Below, piece after piece: positions 1 to 13,300 of a stretch of DNA of 64,000 bases; position 1 is the first letter of the stretch; each line of letters begins with the position of its first letter. Origin of the DNA: Hypanus sabinus (Eukaryota); the NCBI RefSeq assembly GCF_030144855.1, contig NC_082728.1, positions 42,842,001 to 42,906,000 on the forward strand, in the 5' to 3' direction. Under the pieces are notes generated by a model, which ran no database searches, was not told where the DNA came from, and worked only from the letters and a program-made list of their open reading frames with translations. Both the position numbers and the translations under genes were made by a program.

Positions 1-1198
1 AGATAAAATGCAAACAAAATATTTACTGCTTATTTCATTGACAAAAATATTTTTTCCACTTTTTCCACTAAAGTTCACTTTTGTTGGTTTCTGCTGGGAG
101 AAATCTTCCACACCAGAAGTTGATACAGTCGAAATAAATCAGAAGCAAATTACTAAAGAATGACTTGGGGCAGCCCTACAAATGCAATTATCTATGTGGT
201 GCATCTTGAACCTGACAAGATGCAATGAAGCAGAAATTAAAACATCCAAAACTTCCCAGAAAATGAAAGCACTATTTTAATAAATTAAATCATGTTGACT
301 CTTAAAATTTCTTTTGGACTTGCTACATTTTGCAAATAAACATAGATATAATTCTAAAAATATATCCAAGTTTAGGAAACCATATTTGATGGTGGCTATT
401 GCGTGGAAGGATGAAACAGGTTTACCACTGCACAACAGGGAAACATGGGTTTAGATTCTACCATCTTCCTGCTCCTATGTAACTGAGTTAGAGCTCAACT
501 TAGAGTCATGCAGTATGGAAATAGACAGCCCATCAGTCAACTAGTGGACAACCACTCATAATTCCCATCTTAGACCATTAGACATCAAAGCAAAATTAAG
601 CCATTCAGCCCATTACATCTGCTCTGCTATTCCATCATGGCTGATTTATTATCTCTCTCAACCCCATTCTCCTGCTTCCTCCCCATTTCCTTTGACGCAG
701 AAACTAATGAAGAACCTCTCAACCTCCACTTTAAATATACTCAACAAATTGGCCCCCCCATAGACATTTATGCCAATGAATTCCATAGATTCAATACGAC
801 CTGGCAAAAGAAATTCCTCCTCATCTCTGTTCTAAATGGATGCCCCTCGATTCTGAGGCTGTGCCCCTGGAACTAGACTCTCCCACTGTAGGAAACATCC
901 TCTCCACATAGGCCTTTCAATATTCAATAGGTTTCTATGAGAGCCCCACCCCCATGCCTCTAAACTCCAGAGAGCACAGGCCCAGAGTCATTAAACACTC
1001 GTGTTAAACCTTTCATCCCCGGAATCATTCTCGTGAACCTCCTCTGGATCTTCTCTGATGCCAGCACATCTTTTCTTAGGTAAAGGGCCTAAAACTGCTC
1101 ACAATACTCCAAGTGCAGTCTGACCAATACCTTATAAAGCCTTAACATTACATCCTTGCTCTTATATTCTATTCCTCTTCAAAATGAATGCAAACATT

Positions 1199-3013
1199 TG
1201 TAAAGGGTTTCTTATGTTACTGCATATGTTAATCAAAATGGCTTCTTTGTTAAATAAAAGTAGGGATGCTTCTTTATTATGGTAACTGGTGAGAGAGTGC
1301 TTTCTTTTGCAGCTTGTTTGGGTTATGATTACTGATAATGAGAATTGTATTCATTTGTTAACCAATTAGGATAGATGTTATTCTTTCTTGTGGGTCTGTG
1401 AGCTGTGGTTTTGCGGATTTTTGGTGAGTCAGAGAGGAGATTGCGAGGAAGGTGGACGGTGCTGGAGGCGCTCTGGTCGATCACCGAGGATGGTCCCAGG
1501 TGCAAGGGTCATGAAGGTTGGAGAAGATCGAATAGTGGACTGAAGACTTCGATGGTTGAGCTCCAACGATTGAGCACTAATTGACCAATTCCAACCTGAT
1601 ATAATCTTTGCTCAAGAGACGCATATCAGGTTATGTGATAAAAATCGATTTTTTAAATCTTGGTAGCATCCTCAGTTTCATGCAACCTCAGAGTAAAATT
1701 AGAGGTGTTTCTACTTTTATTGATTCCAATATCCCTTTTAATCAGGAGGATATTATAGTCAATATTAATGGTAGATTTTTGATTGTTAAAGGAATAATTT
1801 ATAATAGGCAAATGGTTTTGGTTAATATTTATGGACCAAATGTTGATGATCCCTCATGTTTTAAAGCTGTCTTTCTTCTATTACCTGATTTAAATGAATA
1901 TATGTTATTAATGGGTGGTGATTTTAATACTTGTTTAAATCCTTTAATGGATAAGTCATCATCCAAACATCAACTCCCTAATCATTCTGCATCACTTATT
2001 AATTCCTTTTTAATTGATTATGGGTTAATTGAAATTTGGAGGCACATGCATCCTAGTGATAGAGAATACTCTTTTTTTCTCACATGTTCATAATAAATGT
2101 TCAAGAATCGACTATTTTATAGTCGACCTTCGATTTTTATTTAATGTTCAGAAATGTGAGTATGATGCAATTGTTATCTCTGATCATGTTCCTTTAAACC
2201 TAATATTTGAACTGAAAGATGGTGCTTCTACCAGACCATTTTGGTGTTTTCCAGAACACTTGTTACGAATTTCAGAATTTGTCACATTATTGGGCTATAT
2301 TATTAAAATGGAAAGATACCTCTGTCCCTACATTAGTTGGATGGTTTTCTCAAGTAATGTTATGTCTCAGTTTGAAAAAAAATCAGAAGTAGAACTTTTG
2401 ATCCTGGATTCGATTTTAAGAGAAGCTGGGGCTCTTTTGCCAAATACTGTAATTTAATATGACTTATTTTGTATGGTTTCCTTCCAATCTTATTCTATAT
2501 AAATATGAATTGGTGGTTGATGACTATTTTTATATATACATATTTTTTTAAATGGTAAGACATGTTGCTCCAGGGGTTGATTCCTAATGTTTGTTTTTTC
2601 CCTTTTCCTTACATATAATTTTTTTCATTTTTATATATTATGATCAGCTTTTATTTTCTTCAGTTTTATTAATTGTATATATATTAACTTGTTGAAGTTT
2701 TGTATCATTTTATAGCTGTAGAAAATTATGTACCAATAAAAAGATTCTAAAAATGAAAAATGAACCCTGATAGGTTCTGCTGCCTTTTCTTTCCTTTCTT
2801 TTCTTTCATATATATTGTATCGCTATTAATCACTTAATTCTAATAAGATTTATAATGTATATTCTGTAAACGTACATGGTGTGCGGTTTGATATTGCATG
2901 TGCGAGTTTGCACTAGTGTGCATTTCACAGCATCCATGTATACGGGAGGCGCGGTTTGGCGAGTGGACAGATTTTCCCCTAGACATACACCAGACAATTG
3001 CATGAGCATTACA
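1199..3013. mobile_element. Solo LTR (Gypsy/ERV type), interrupted by an L1 fragment
   Basis: TGTAA...TTACA termini with 4-bp TSD CATT at 1195-1198 and 3014-3017. Confidence 0.75.
1602..2765 (+). mobile_element. Internally deleted L1 (APE endonuclease joined to ORF2 C-terminus and 3'UTR)
   Basis: VNIYGPN, GGDFN, SRIDYF and ISDH endonuclease motifs, no RT domain, AATAAA near 2735 with an A-rich tail. Possible TSD CCTGATA at 1595-1601 and 2766-2772. Confidence 0.82.
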
Positions 3014-3550
3014 CATTGAATTTGCCTTCCTTTGCAATGACTGATGATCTAAGTTGACCTTTAAGGAATCCTGCACAAGGATTTCCAAGTCCCTTTGCAC
3101 CTCTGATTTTTGAACTTACTCTTCGTTTAGAAAATAGTCTGTGCCTTTATCCTTTTACCAAAGTGCATAACCATGCACTTCACTATACTGTATTCCATAT
3201 AGGACTTCTTTGCCCATTCTCCCAATCTGTCTAACACTTTCTGCAGACTCCCTGCTCATTCTATCTGCTCTTCCACTTATCTTCAGAATCACCTGCAAAA
3301 CTGCCACAAAGCCATCAATTCCATCAGCCAAATCACCAACATAGAACTTGAAAATAAGCAGTACCAACACTGACCACTGTGGAACACTAGTCAGCCGAAC
3401 ACCACTAGCCAGCCAAACAGAAAACACCCTCTTTATTCCCCCTCTTTGTCTCCTGCCAATCAGCCAATCTTCTATCCATGTAATACCATGGAATCTTATG
3501 TTAGTTAGCAACCTCATGTGCAGCAACTTGCCAAAGGCTGTATTAAAACT

Positions 3551-4807
3551 GTTGTTGTTGGTCCTTTGGAGTCGAAGACGACCATGACTTCTGACAGGTG
3601 GAGGGTTTGTGACTGTGGGTACGGAGGTGACTGGTGAGGCCAATCCAGGCCCTGAAGCTCGCCCACATGAGGGACACATGAGGGTAGGTGCTGCAGTGGA
3701 AGTGGAGGTAGTTCGAGCCTTGCGCGCGGCGCGTTTCCTCTGAGCCTCTGCGGTGCGTCTGATTTCTGCTGCATACGCTCCTTTAGTGGTCCTGCTCCAC
3801 CAGGTTGGGCGGTCCAGAGCAAGTGATTCCCAGCTACTGGGATTGATGTTGACGTCTTTGAGGGACACTTTGAGGCAGTCTTTGAAACGTTTCTTCTGCT
3901 CTCCAACTGAGCGCTTGCCCTTGCTCAGCTCTCCATACAGCAGCTGTTTTGGTAGTCGACTGTCAGACATGGCCAGCCCATCTGGCTTGGGCTCTCTGTA
4001 GGAGGGTGTAGACACTGTGGGTGCTAGCCCGCTCCAGGACCTCCATGTCTGGGACTTTGTCCTGCCATCGTATGTGGATAAGTCTGTGGAGGCAGCTCAA
4101 GTGGAAGTGGTTGAGCTGTTTAGCGTGTCTGCTGTAGACAGTCCAGGTCTTGCTGGCGGAGAGGAGGGTGGTGAGAACCACTGCTCGGTAGACCTTCAGC
4201 TTGGAGGTAAGGCTGAGTCCTCTCCGCTCCCATACATTCTCACGGAGTCTCCCAAAGGCGGCACTGGCTTTGGCAATTCTGTTGCTGATCTCTGCATCTA
4301 TGTTCACCACTCGTGATAGAGTACTGCCCAGATAAGTAAAGCTGTCAACTGCCAGTAGCTTCTGCCCCTTTACTGTGACATTTGGTTCCTGGTAGGGCTT
4401 TCCGGGTGCAGGCTGGTATATAACTTCAGTCTTTTTGGTGCTGATTGTAAGTCCAAAGTTGTCACAGGCTCATGAGAAGCAGTTCATTTCTCGCTGCATC
4501 TTCTGCTCTGTGCTGGCATTGAGGGCGCAATCATCAGCAAATAAGAGGTCTTTGACGACGGTCTCCTTTACCTTTGTAACAGCCTGTAGATGCCAGAGGT
4601 TGAATAGCCCACCGCCAGTCCTGTATCTGACGTGTATACCATCCTGACAATCGCGAAAGGCATCAGTCAACATAGCAGGGAAGACCATGCTAAAGAGTGT
4701 AGGGGCAAGAACACATCCTTGCTTCACACCATTCGTCACTGGAAAGGCTTCTGACTCATCACCATCATCCAAAACTTTCACCATCATGCCATCGTGGAAC
4801 TGCCGAA
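3551..4807 (-). mobile_element. RTE-clade LINE, 5'-truncated and relatively young
   Basis: GVKQGCVLAPTLFS, LLFADDCAL, RIAKASAAFGRL and RLPKQLLYGEL motifs. (CAA)n tail. About 27-bp TSD CA(A/C)CTTGCCAAAGGC(T/C)GTATTAAAACT at 3524-3550 and 4808-4834. Confidence 0.92.
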
Positions 4808-5714
4808 CACCTTGCCAAAGGCCGTATTAAAACTAAACAGCATTCATTGACACTCCTTTGTCTATCCTGCCTGTTATTTTTTTCCAAGTATTCCAGCAAA
4901 TTTTTCAGGCAAGATTTTCCCTTAAGGAAACCATGCTGACTTTGACCTACTTTATCATGCGCCTCCAAGTACCCTGAAACCTCATCCTAGTGCACTCCAG
5001 CAACTTCCCAACCACTGAGGTCAGGCTAACTGGCCTATAATTTCCTTTCTTCTGCTTCCTTCCTCTCTTAAAGAGTGGAGTGACACTTGCAACTTTCCAG
5101 TTCTCTGGAACAATTCCAGATTCTAGTAATTCTAAAACGATCATTACTAATGCCTGCAGTCTCTTCAGCAACCTTTATCAGAACCCTGGGGTGTAGTCCA
5201 TCTGGTCCAAGTGACTTATCTACCTTCAGACCTGTCAGCTTCCCAAGCACCTTCTCCTTAGTAATAGCAACTACACTCTCTTCTGCCCCAACACTCTTGA
5301 ATTTCTGACATATTGCTCATATCTTCGCCAGTGAAGAATAACACAAAGTACTTATTAAGTTTGTCCACCATTTCTTTGCACATGGAGCACAATAGAGAAG
5401 ATAGCCAAGGACAGACTGAGATGGAGGATCTTCATTGCTGCCTGAAGCATCATCAGCGTAGCAAGCTAGAACTAAGTATAGCACTGTAAACTGATGTCTA
5501 CAGGAAAGCAAAGTAACTATGCAACAATTTCACCATGATTCATAATTGGTCATTTTGTCTTGGTAAATACAAAAGATAATTGCCAAACTCTCCTCTGCAT
5601 ATAGAACACTTGTTAATAGTTTAACATATCATATGCAAAGAAATTATATCTAAGCCTGAGGTTCTAAAGATGCAAATTTCTCACCATGTCCAAGTTTCTT
5701 TGAAAGAATATTAC

Positions 5715-5873
5715 CTGTTTTTCCAGAACTCCAGTTCCACACTTGGGTTGGGATTGTGGCCAGAAAGCAAAGGTTCAGATGAGTCCCTCTTAAGCACCTC
5801 GTTGACCTGGTGGCTCCAATCAATTATAATCGATTCTACAACATGTGCAATTCCTTTATCTACATTATCACCA
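5715..5873 (-). CDS. DNAH9: Dynein heavy chain coding exon 3 (159 nt; not in the ORF track)
   Basis: tcttcctgcag| acceptor, GDNVDKGIAHVVESIIIDWSHQVNEVLKRDSSEPLLSGHNPNPSVELEFWKN(R), |gtaata donor. Phase matches exon 2. Carries the DHC_N1-type W-S-H-Q...P-x-VELEFW motif. Confidence 0.9.
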
Positions 5874-7099
5874 CTGCAGGAAGATCAGAGACATTTATTA
5901 AATATAATATTGCTTTCCATCTATTATCCCAAAACTGGATTTTTTTATCTGGTGAAAATACTGCCAGATCAGAGACAAGGTGGTCTTGTCCATCTCCTGC
6001 CCCTAGGATAGATTACAAATCCCATTTAATTTTTTTTATTAATACAGGCTTCTGAAACCATGCTTAGTTAGACATACTGGAATAATTTTATGTTTCAGGC
6101 CATTTGGACAAAGAGTCCGCCTCATTTAATTGTAGCCTCTCTAAGTGGAGGCCTGTGACTAATGGTGCCACAGGGACCGGTGCTGAATCTGTTGTTGTTT
6201 ATCATCTATATCAACAATCTGGATAATAATAATATTGTAAAATGGATCAACAAATTTGTGATGACGCTAAGATTGGGGGTGTAGTGGGCAGCGAGGAAGA
6301 CTGCAAAGCTTGCAGCGGGTTCTTTTCCAGAACTGTTTGGCTGTGAATGAAGATGCACCCAAACAAATACAGGTAAAGTCAGGAATCCTGATACAGGGTT
6401 TCAACTTAAAAAGTTGACAATTCCTTTCCTCCTACAGATGCTGCTCAACCTGCTGAGTTCCTGCAGCAGATTGTTCATTGCCATCTCAGCTAAAATCAAG
6501 GATGCTCTGAAGGAGAATTCAAATCTGCATAACCTCATTCTATCAGAACCTGAACAAATGAATCAAGACAGGAGAGTGTGAAGTACAACAACTTCCTCAG
6601 AAACAGTATTTTATGAACATTGTGGTATTGTGATCTTTATTTTGGCAACAAAGGCTATTTTAAATTATATATAATCGTAATAGAAGCAAAGTCTTCAAAT
6701 TTATCTTCAGTAGAATCACTAAACAGACAGCACATTCGCCCTAAAGAGTAGAGTAAATGGGTGGAACATCTCTAAGTTTAGAAATGACAGGTTGATGATA
6801 GCAGGGAAGAATGCTAGCCTGACCTTATTTTCCATTGAGGTTACAACATAGTGTGTCCAGGAATATTTTGGTGTAATACCTCATGAGGTGGCATTGATAG
6901 ATAGGTCAGGATAAGCAGAGTCTGATTAGAAACTTACTTGAGGAAAGGAAGGTGATCTAGCCTGAACCTGACTTATTTTCAGAGCAATTTCGAGAGATGC
7001 CAAAAAGGTGGTGAATCAATTGAAGCTGAGAAAGGAAAACCATCTTAAAAGGAAAGTGGATTTTTATTCAGAAAGAAACATTCTTAGAAAAGTCCTTAC

Positions 7100-7287
7100 T
7101 TTTTGCGCAAAACAGCAGCAGCTTTCTCTGCTCCTGCTGGCAGAGGCAACACAGTTTTTCCCTGCACTTGCCCCATGACGACAAAGATTTTGCTCCTCAG
7201 GTTGTGGACATGGCGCACGACATCTTGGGACACAACCTGTGGCCATTGGTTGTGATTCCTTCTGTTGGTCAAAACCGGCATAACCAC
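7100..7287 (-). CDS. DNAH9: Dynein heavy chain coding exon 2 (188 nt)
   Basis: ttgttctccctag| acceptor, VVMPVLTNRRNHNQWPQVVSQDVVRHVHNLRSKIFVVMGQVQGKTVLPLPAGAEKAAAVLRK, |gtaagg donor (phase 2). Resembles DNAH9 VVLPVLAN...GKTLLPLPAGSEK. Confidence 0.88.
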
Positions 7288-8269
7288 CTAGGGAGAACAA
7301 CGGACAGCACTAATCGATACAGAGTGGTGCAAAGCATAATCCACACTATCAAATGTGATTAGGATTTGCATACATTTCCACCATTCATTCTTAATAAGCT
7401 ATGTACCAAGTTTTGAAAGTAATAGTCACTCCACCTCCTGGCACAAAGATAAATCTTTCCATCAAACTTTCTGCTCTACCCATCACTACCTCCCAATTCT
7501 CAGGTTCCCTTGTCCCAGTATTGCCTTTCACGCTGTATAGCTCTGAGTACTTCTGCACCCAAACTACAAGTTTCTGATCGTTCTCTTGATCAGATGCCCA
7601 CTGGCAGTGGAAAACAAAGTCACAAAATTAAATGCTACCTTGGTGCAAACATTGAACACAGAAATCCATCAAAAGATGACTAAGATGGTGGCACACTCAG
7701 AGGCAATGGCTTCTATGGGATCAAGCAAAAGTGTTACTGTCTTTTTTTTTGAATGTATTTTTTTTATAATCACAAGTTCCTGCTAGATATTAAGAACTTA
7801 AAGGAAATCAGGACTACCCCATCAGTGGGGTTAGCGGGGAAACTGAAGGAGCTAGTCTTGGCACCAATCCTGCGTCAGAGAGGCATCAGTGTGCAGTCTA
7901 ACAGTGAGTGAGCTTTTTAGTTGCTTTTCTTGTGATCGCAAGACCCCGTTGCATACTGGTGGCATGGTGTGATGCAAGTCAAATGGCGAGGGAGCTGTGT
8001 GGCCTTGGTCAAGCTGTGGTGCTGCCGCCCAGAGGTGGTGACATGGCATCCATGCTGGAGTGGGTGCTCTGTATTTTACTGCTACATTATACGTGCTATA
8101 TGCACCTTGTGTTGTGTATGACTGTTAGTACGGGGTTCTGCACCTTGGACCCAGAGTAATTCTGTTTCATTTAGTTGCATTCATGGGTATCCATGAATGA
8201 CCCAATGTCAATTAAACTTGAACTTGGATTTAAAAAAAATAAATACTGAATGTTGACAGTATTGTCAAC

Positions 8270-8780
8270 AGTTTTGTGCCCCATATCTCATAAAGGGTGA
8301 GTTGTCATTGGAGAGAGTCCAGAGGAGGTTCACAAGGATGATTTCAGGAATGAAGTGGTTAACATAGGAGGAGTGTTTGGAAACTGTGGGCCTACACCCA
8401 ATGGAATTAGGAAGAATGCATGAGGTTCTTATTGAAACCTACTGAATGTTGAATGGACAGCATGTTTCCTATAGTGGAGGTATCCAGAACTAGATGGCAC
8501 AACCTCAAAATTAAGGGATGACAGAGGTAAGGAGGGTTTTTTTTTTAAAAGCCAGAGGGTAATGAATCTGTGGAATGCTCTGCCACAGACTGCAGAGGAG
8601 GTCATGTCTGTGGGCATACTTAAGGCAGAAGTTGACAGTTTCCTGATCAGTTAGGGCATCAAAGGATATGGCGAAAAGACAGGAGTATGGGGTTGGGATC
8701 CAGGATCAGCCATGATGAAATGGTGGCGCAGACTTGGCGGGCTGAATGGCCTAATTCTGCTGCTACATCTTATGTCTTAC
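8270..8780 (+). mobile_element. CR1 3' fragment
   Basis: QRRFTRMI-type C-terminal region and the typical GGGCTGAATGGCCTAATTCTGC tail. Confidence 0.8.
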
Positions 8781-9754
8781 CGACTCAACAAATGCCTGTG
8801 ATGCATAACCACACTTGGGCAGTTGTGTAAACCTGAGCTCCAGCTAAATCTAACACATCATCAGAAGCACAAAGGAACAATGTCAGTTTCTGGTTTATTC
8901 TCCCTGGTATCACTCTGGCTCTGGTTTATATCCATATTAGATCAATAGATGTACTACATGCTCCATTAAAAAGATTGGCTATATTTTGACTTATCACAAT
9001 TTAATTGGAATTTCCTCACAATCCTATAGTCAATGCAATAATAAGATTCCCAATTAAATTAAAGGCATATTGAAGGTGTACAAGTAATTTACCCAAGTAA
9101 AGTTGTTAAATTCCCTATAAGACAATATATTAACACCTTGGGTCAGAACAAGAACTTGGGAAAGACCAGTTAAATGCTTTCATTGGCTTCTGAAACATGA
9201 ATGTATAATCAGCCTTTCTTACCATGATAAAATAAACAATGGTCCTCCTAATAGTGTATCCATGACCATAATCAGGCTCTTGCTTGAATTTTGCATTCAA
9301 TGGCTTCTAGTTAAGAAACTTTTGAGCAATATAATTACAGCCAAAGTTTACAAGGCAATTATTACAACACAGTCAAAGCAGCAGCCTTTTCCAAAGTACT
9401 AGCTTAGCAACAGAGAACAAAGGTAACAACTCCTTTTATCATAATAAACACACTGTCACATAAACTCTCACTAAGTACTCAATAGCTGTACAATGAGTAA
9501 TTGCACCTGGTATGCAAGTCTATCCTGTCTTCCAAAAATCCTTTGGTCCTCATCACAAATATAGTTCACCAGAACTATGTATATCTTAATACATAATTTA
9601 CCAAGCAACAAGTTTCAAAACAAACTGGCAGCTATCCAATTCTTCTGTTAGTTTAAAACTCATCATGCAGTAACATCGTGACTAATTTTAAATCCACCTA
9701 TCCTAAACAAGACAGATCAGCTTGTTGACACTCACACTCGAAATCGGCTAGAGC

Positions 9755-10490
9755 AAGGGATTGTGGATTTCAGGAGGAGGATGTCGGGAAAACCAGTCCA
9801 CATTGAGGGGCCAGCAGTGGAAAAGGTGACCCAGCTTCAAGCTCCAGGAAATTAACATCTCAGAATATCTATTCTGGCCCCAATATATTGATATAGAATC
9901 TGAATCATAAAAAAAGCAAGACCATGGCGAACCTTCATGAGGAGTTTGAGGAGAAGGCAGGAACAAATTTCTACAGATATCTAGTGCAGAACATTCAGTC
10001 TAGCTGGATCACCACCTGGTAGAGAAACTCCAAGGTGCAAGATTAAAAGGAGCTGTAGAACATTGCCTACAACAATGACTCTTGCAACCAATAACAACAC
10101 CTTCAAAAGTGGCGCCTCAGGAAGGCAGAATCTGTAATTAAGGACCCTCACCATCTAGGACACACCCTGTTCTCATTACAGATCGAGAGTCCATTGTCCA
10201 AAATACTCCGGGCCGGAAGCATTTTGGATTTTGGAATATTTGCATCTACCATTGGGAAAGAGGTACAGTAACCTGAAGGCCTACATTCAATGTTTGAGAA
10301 ACAACCTTTCCCCTCTGCCATCAGACATCTGAATGGTCTATGAACACTACATCGGGATTCCTCTTCTGCACTATTTATTTTGTATTGTAACATAGAAATT
10401 TTTATGCCTTGCACAGTACTGCTACCACAAGCAACTTATTTGACAACATAATGCACGTCAGTGATAATAAGCTAATTCTGATTCTGAACA
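9755..10490 (+). mobile_element. Degenerate Rex1/Babar-like LINE 3' part
   Basis: Decayed IVDFRR...VHIEGPAVEKVT..F-type RT C-terminus and a GATAATAAGCTAATTCTGATTCTGA tail. Confidence 0.6.
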
Positions 10491-10511
10491 TTTTATTCCC
10501 ATTGCCTTTTT

Positions 10512-10875
10512 TTGTGTGGTGCTCCATGACTTAGGGTCAACCATGGATGTTGCAACCCAGTCATCTATGTGATACGCAAGCCAGGGCAGTCAATATGGAG
10601 AGCAAGCTGTTACCCGCGTAGCAAGCTGATGAATCCAAAGAATGGCAGAAACCGATACAGTTTGATGCCAGCTGCATCGCGCGAGTTGCCGTCAGTGTTG
10701 AACTCAACATGGAACCACCATAGGGACTCCAGCTCTGGATTTTTCCTGAGGATTTACTCCGGAATCCTGCCCCATGAGTGGGTATAGCCACAAGGCAGCA
10801 GAGAATTCAGATCAGAGTTTTTCTTCTCCTAGATGAGCTGCTAACCACGGCTGACTAGCCCCATCTGCCCAAAGT
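10512..10875 (-). mobile_element. RTE-derived non-autonomous retroposon (RTE 5'UTR-like)
   Basis: Minus strand reads GGTTAGCAGCTCATCTAGGAGAAGAAAAACTCTGATCT, resembling RTE 5'UTRs. A-rich 3' end near 10510. Confidence 0.55.
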
Positions 10876-12749
10876 GATAAGATTTCTACCATCCGCCCAA
10901 TGCTATCAACTTTTCTGGTAACTTATTAGTCAATATCGCTCAAAGGTTATTGCCAGATGCACAAATACACGTATGCTCAGTTGCAATAAAATTTTTTACT
11001 AGTAGTGGCATCAGAGGCGCACAGCAACATTCACAAATTACACATATTCTTTATAATAAAGAACATAAAAACCGAACAAATTCATTTTCCTGCAAACTGC
11101 TCAAAGTTGTCATGGTTCTACTAAACTGTAGTGATTAGGGATATGCCAATTGGTTGAAAGGAAGTAGCTATTCATGAACCTGGTGGTGTGCAACATGAGA
11201 CTTCCAGGTAGGCCACAAGACCATAAAATATAGGAGCAAAATTAGGCCACTTGAACCATCGACTCTGCTCAGCCAACTCATCATGGCTGATCCATTTTTC
11301 CCCAATCACCTGCCTTCTCCCTGTATCCCTTCATGTCCTGACCAATCAAGAACAAGTGTGGTTTCTTTACTTGCAGGGTTGGATGGTAGATGTCACAATG
11401 TAATTTAACTGCAGATACAACACAAACACTATAAGTGAATACCCATCCACACTTGCATTCTTCCCTAGAAGACTTGCTAGGTATTTGGAAGACTACAACA
11501 CAAGCTCGGTGACTCAATAACTATTGTCATCACATTCTTGCTGACTCAAGGCATGGGAGAGGTATCTGATCTGTCAGGTCAGACACATTTTGTTCCATTG
11601 TTTTAAAGAACTTATAAAAGGTGCTTTGCCTTCTTAAATTTCAAGACATGTGCTTTACAGTGGTGATCAGTATTGAAATTGAAGGACATTTGCTTTGTGA
11701 GGAAGGAACTTCAATCTGGAATATTAACTCTCTGCTTCCACAGATGCTGCCTGACCGCTGAGTGTTTGCAGCATTTTCTGCTTTTATTGCTGTAAGATAG
11801 TCGTGTAACTGTTCCTGAAAAATCAGACACAAAGCCACCATTGCAAATTCTACTCTACATATGGTAGAAAATGCCCCCAATTTACATTTCAATTGATTTC
11901 AATTACTTGGCCAATGTATTAATGATCTAACCAAGTCATCAAGGAGTGGTCATAATCTGTTTCTCCCTACAGCTATGTATCTTTGTAGTACTAAAGCAAA
12001 AAACAAATATACGACAGAAATCTGGTGTGCGAAGGAAATAAAGTACTGAAGGAACTCCAACGTACTATTAAGACAAACCAAAAGGACCAACAAGTCTGCT
12101 TTTTCTCATCAAACACAAACTCTCAATTTTTCCTCTGGTTTTCCCCTCCTTCCTCATTCTTCTCAACAGCGTATGGTTGCATAGGCAGTGCCTCCATTCA
12201 AGAATGACTTGGTTTCTCTCCCGTTCCACTAACCCTCAGTTAGCTATTCAGGCTAATGTAGCACTTGCATATTGCCACTGGTGAAGGACATGACAGTGCA
12301 GGTAATGTTGGAGTAGGTGCACACCTTCCTCTGCTTACACAGAGCTTCTGATTTTCAATACCATTCCAAATGCTCGCAAGCCTACTTTGAGCAGCCATAG
12401 ATCAGGCATTTCCATATAATCTGTGGGGGTGTTACATTTTTCAAGGAGATCTCTTGCTCTCTTGGTAACCTCTTGCTCTGACTGAACGTGTGGAGTGTTT
12501 TGTTTCAGGATTCCAGTACTGGGACTGGGTAAAATGAACAAAAAATGGTCTGCTTATAGGAGTTAATTGAGTATAATTAAAATCTCATTGTTGGAGATTT
12601 TGGAAGTTGGCACAAAGGATATTGGCACCAATTCCCTTATCCTGGTTTCAGACAAGCAATGGTGGCATATTTCCAGCAGCCTGATTATCCCGCTACTGGT
12701 ATCTCAAACTCAGAAATATCCAGAAAGTTTGACATCACGATTGTCTACT

Positions 12750-13300
12750 ACACCATGAGCTATACACTGGGTATGAAGTCCTGCTCTTCTGGGGTGATGA
12801 CACAACCTTGTCTGACACGAGTCTGTGCTGTGATTGCGTCTGTTGTGAATCCTTTGGGTAAGATCACAGTCTACAAGACAGAACTGGAGCAGCTGAGATT
12901 TGGCAACAAACATTTCAAGTGAAATTTAAGAAGAATGCTCACAGTTAACCCAAATAATAGAGGCAAGGCTTATAAAACATCAAAAAACTCATGTACAGTG
13001 ATTAGTGCTGTTCTCAGCACATTCCTTGGAGTTGATGCAAAGTGAATATCCCATCCACTGTGCCTATGAATGTGAAATCCATACATCAGTTTGGGAAACA
13101 GCTCTTTGATCACAAGAAGAAAGAAAATGAAAGCAATCTTGGTAATGATTTTCATTGTAGCAGACACAGGGGCAACCACTGTATTCACTGCAAATGGATT
13201 TATCATCATCCCTGAAGATGTTCATGGCTTGAGCAGGACATCCTATCATCAGGTCACAGACATCCTACAGATAACCAGTTACCCAAATTATTTTTATCAA
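12750..13300 (-). mobile_element. Old, degenerate RTE RT fragment
   Basis: Decayed IFRDDDKSICSEY (KGDKSDCGNY-like), GIFTLHQLQ...EQH and TRVRQGCVITP (GVKQGCVIAP-like) motifs. Confidence 0.65.

Larger units (their letters stand above)
570..5385 (-). mobile_element. CR1 LINE, 5'-truncated and split into segments 570-1198, 3014-3550 and 4808-5385 by later insertions
   Basis: RT motifs WKVASVTPLFKRGRKQKKGNYRPVSLTSVVGKLLE and GQSQHGFLKGKSCL. CR1 3' tail near 570-640. The sequence reads through across both insertion junctions. Confidence 0.88.

Noticed and set aside
1-570. Dynein exon 4
   Set aside because: No matching coding sequence was found. The first bases look like a minus-strand pyrimidine tract, so the exon may begin just outside the window.
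7660-8230. GC-richer block with a LINE-like ATTAAACTTGAACTTG tail
   Set aside because: Probably a non-autonomous retroposon, but I could not support a family or boundaries from the sequence alone.
10620-10665. CTGATGA...GAAA hammerhead-like core inside the RTE-derived element
   Set aside because: No convincing stems I, II or III can be formed, and it lies antisense to the element.
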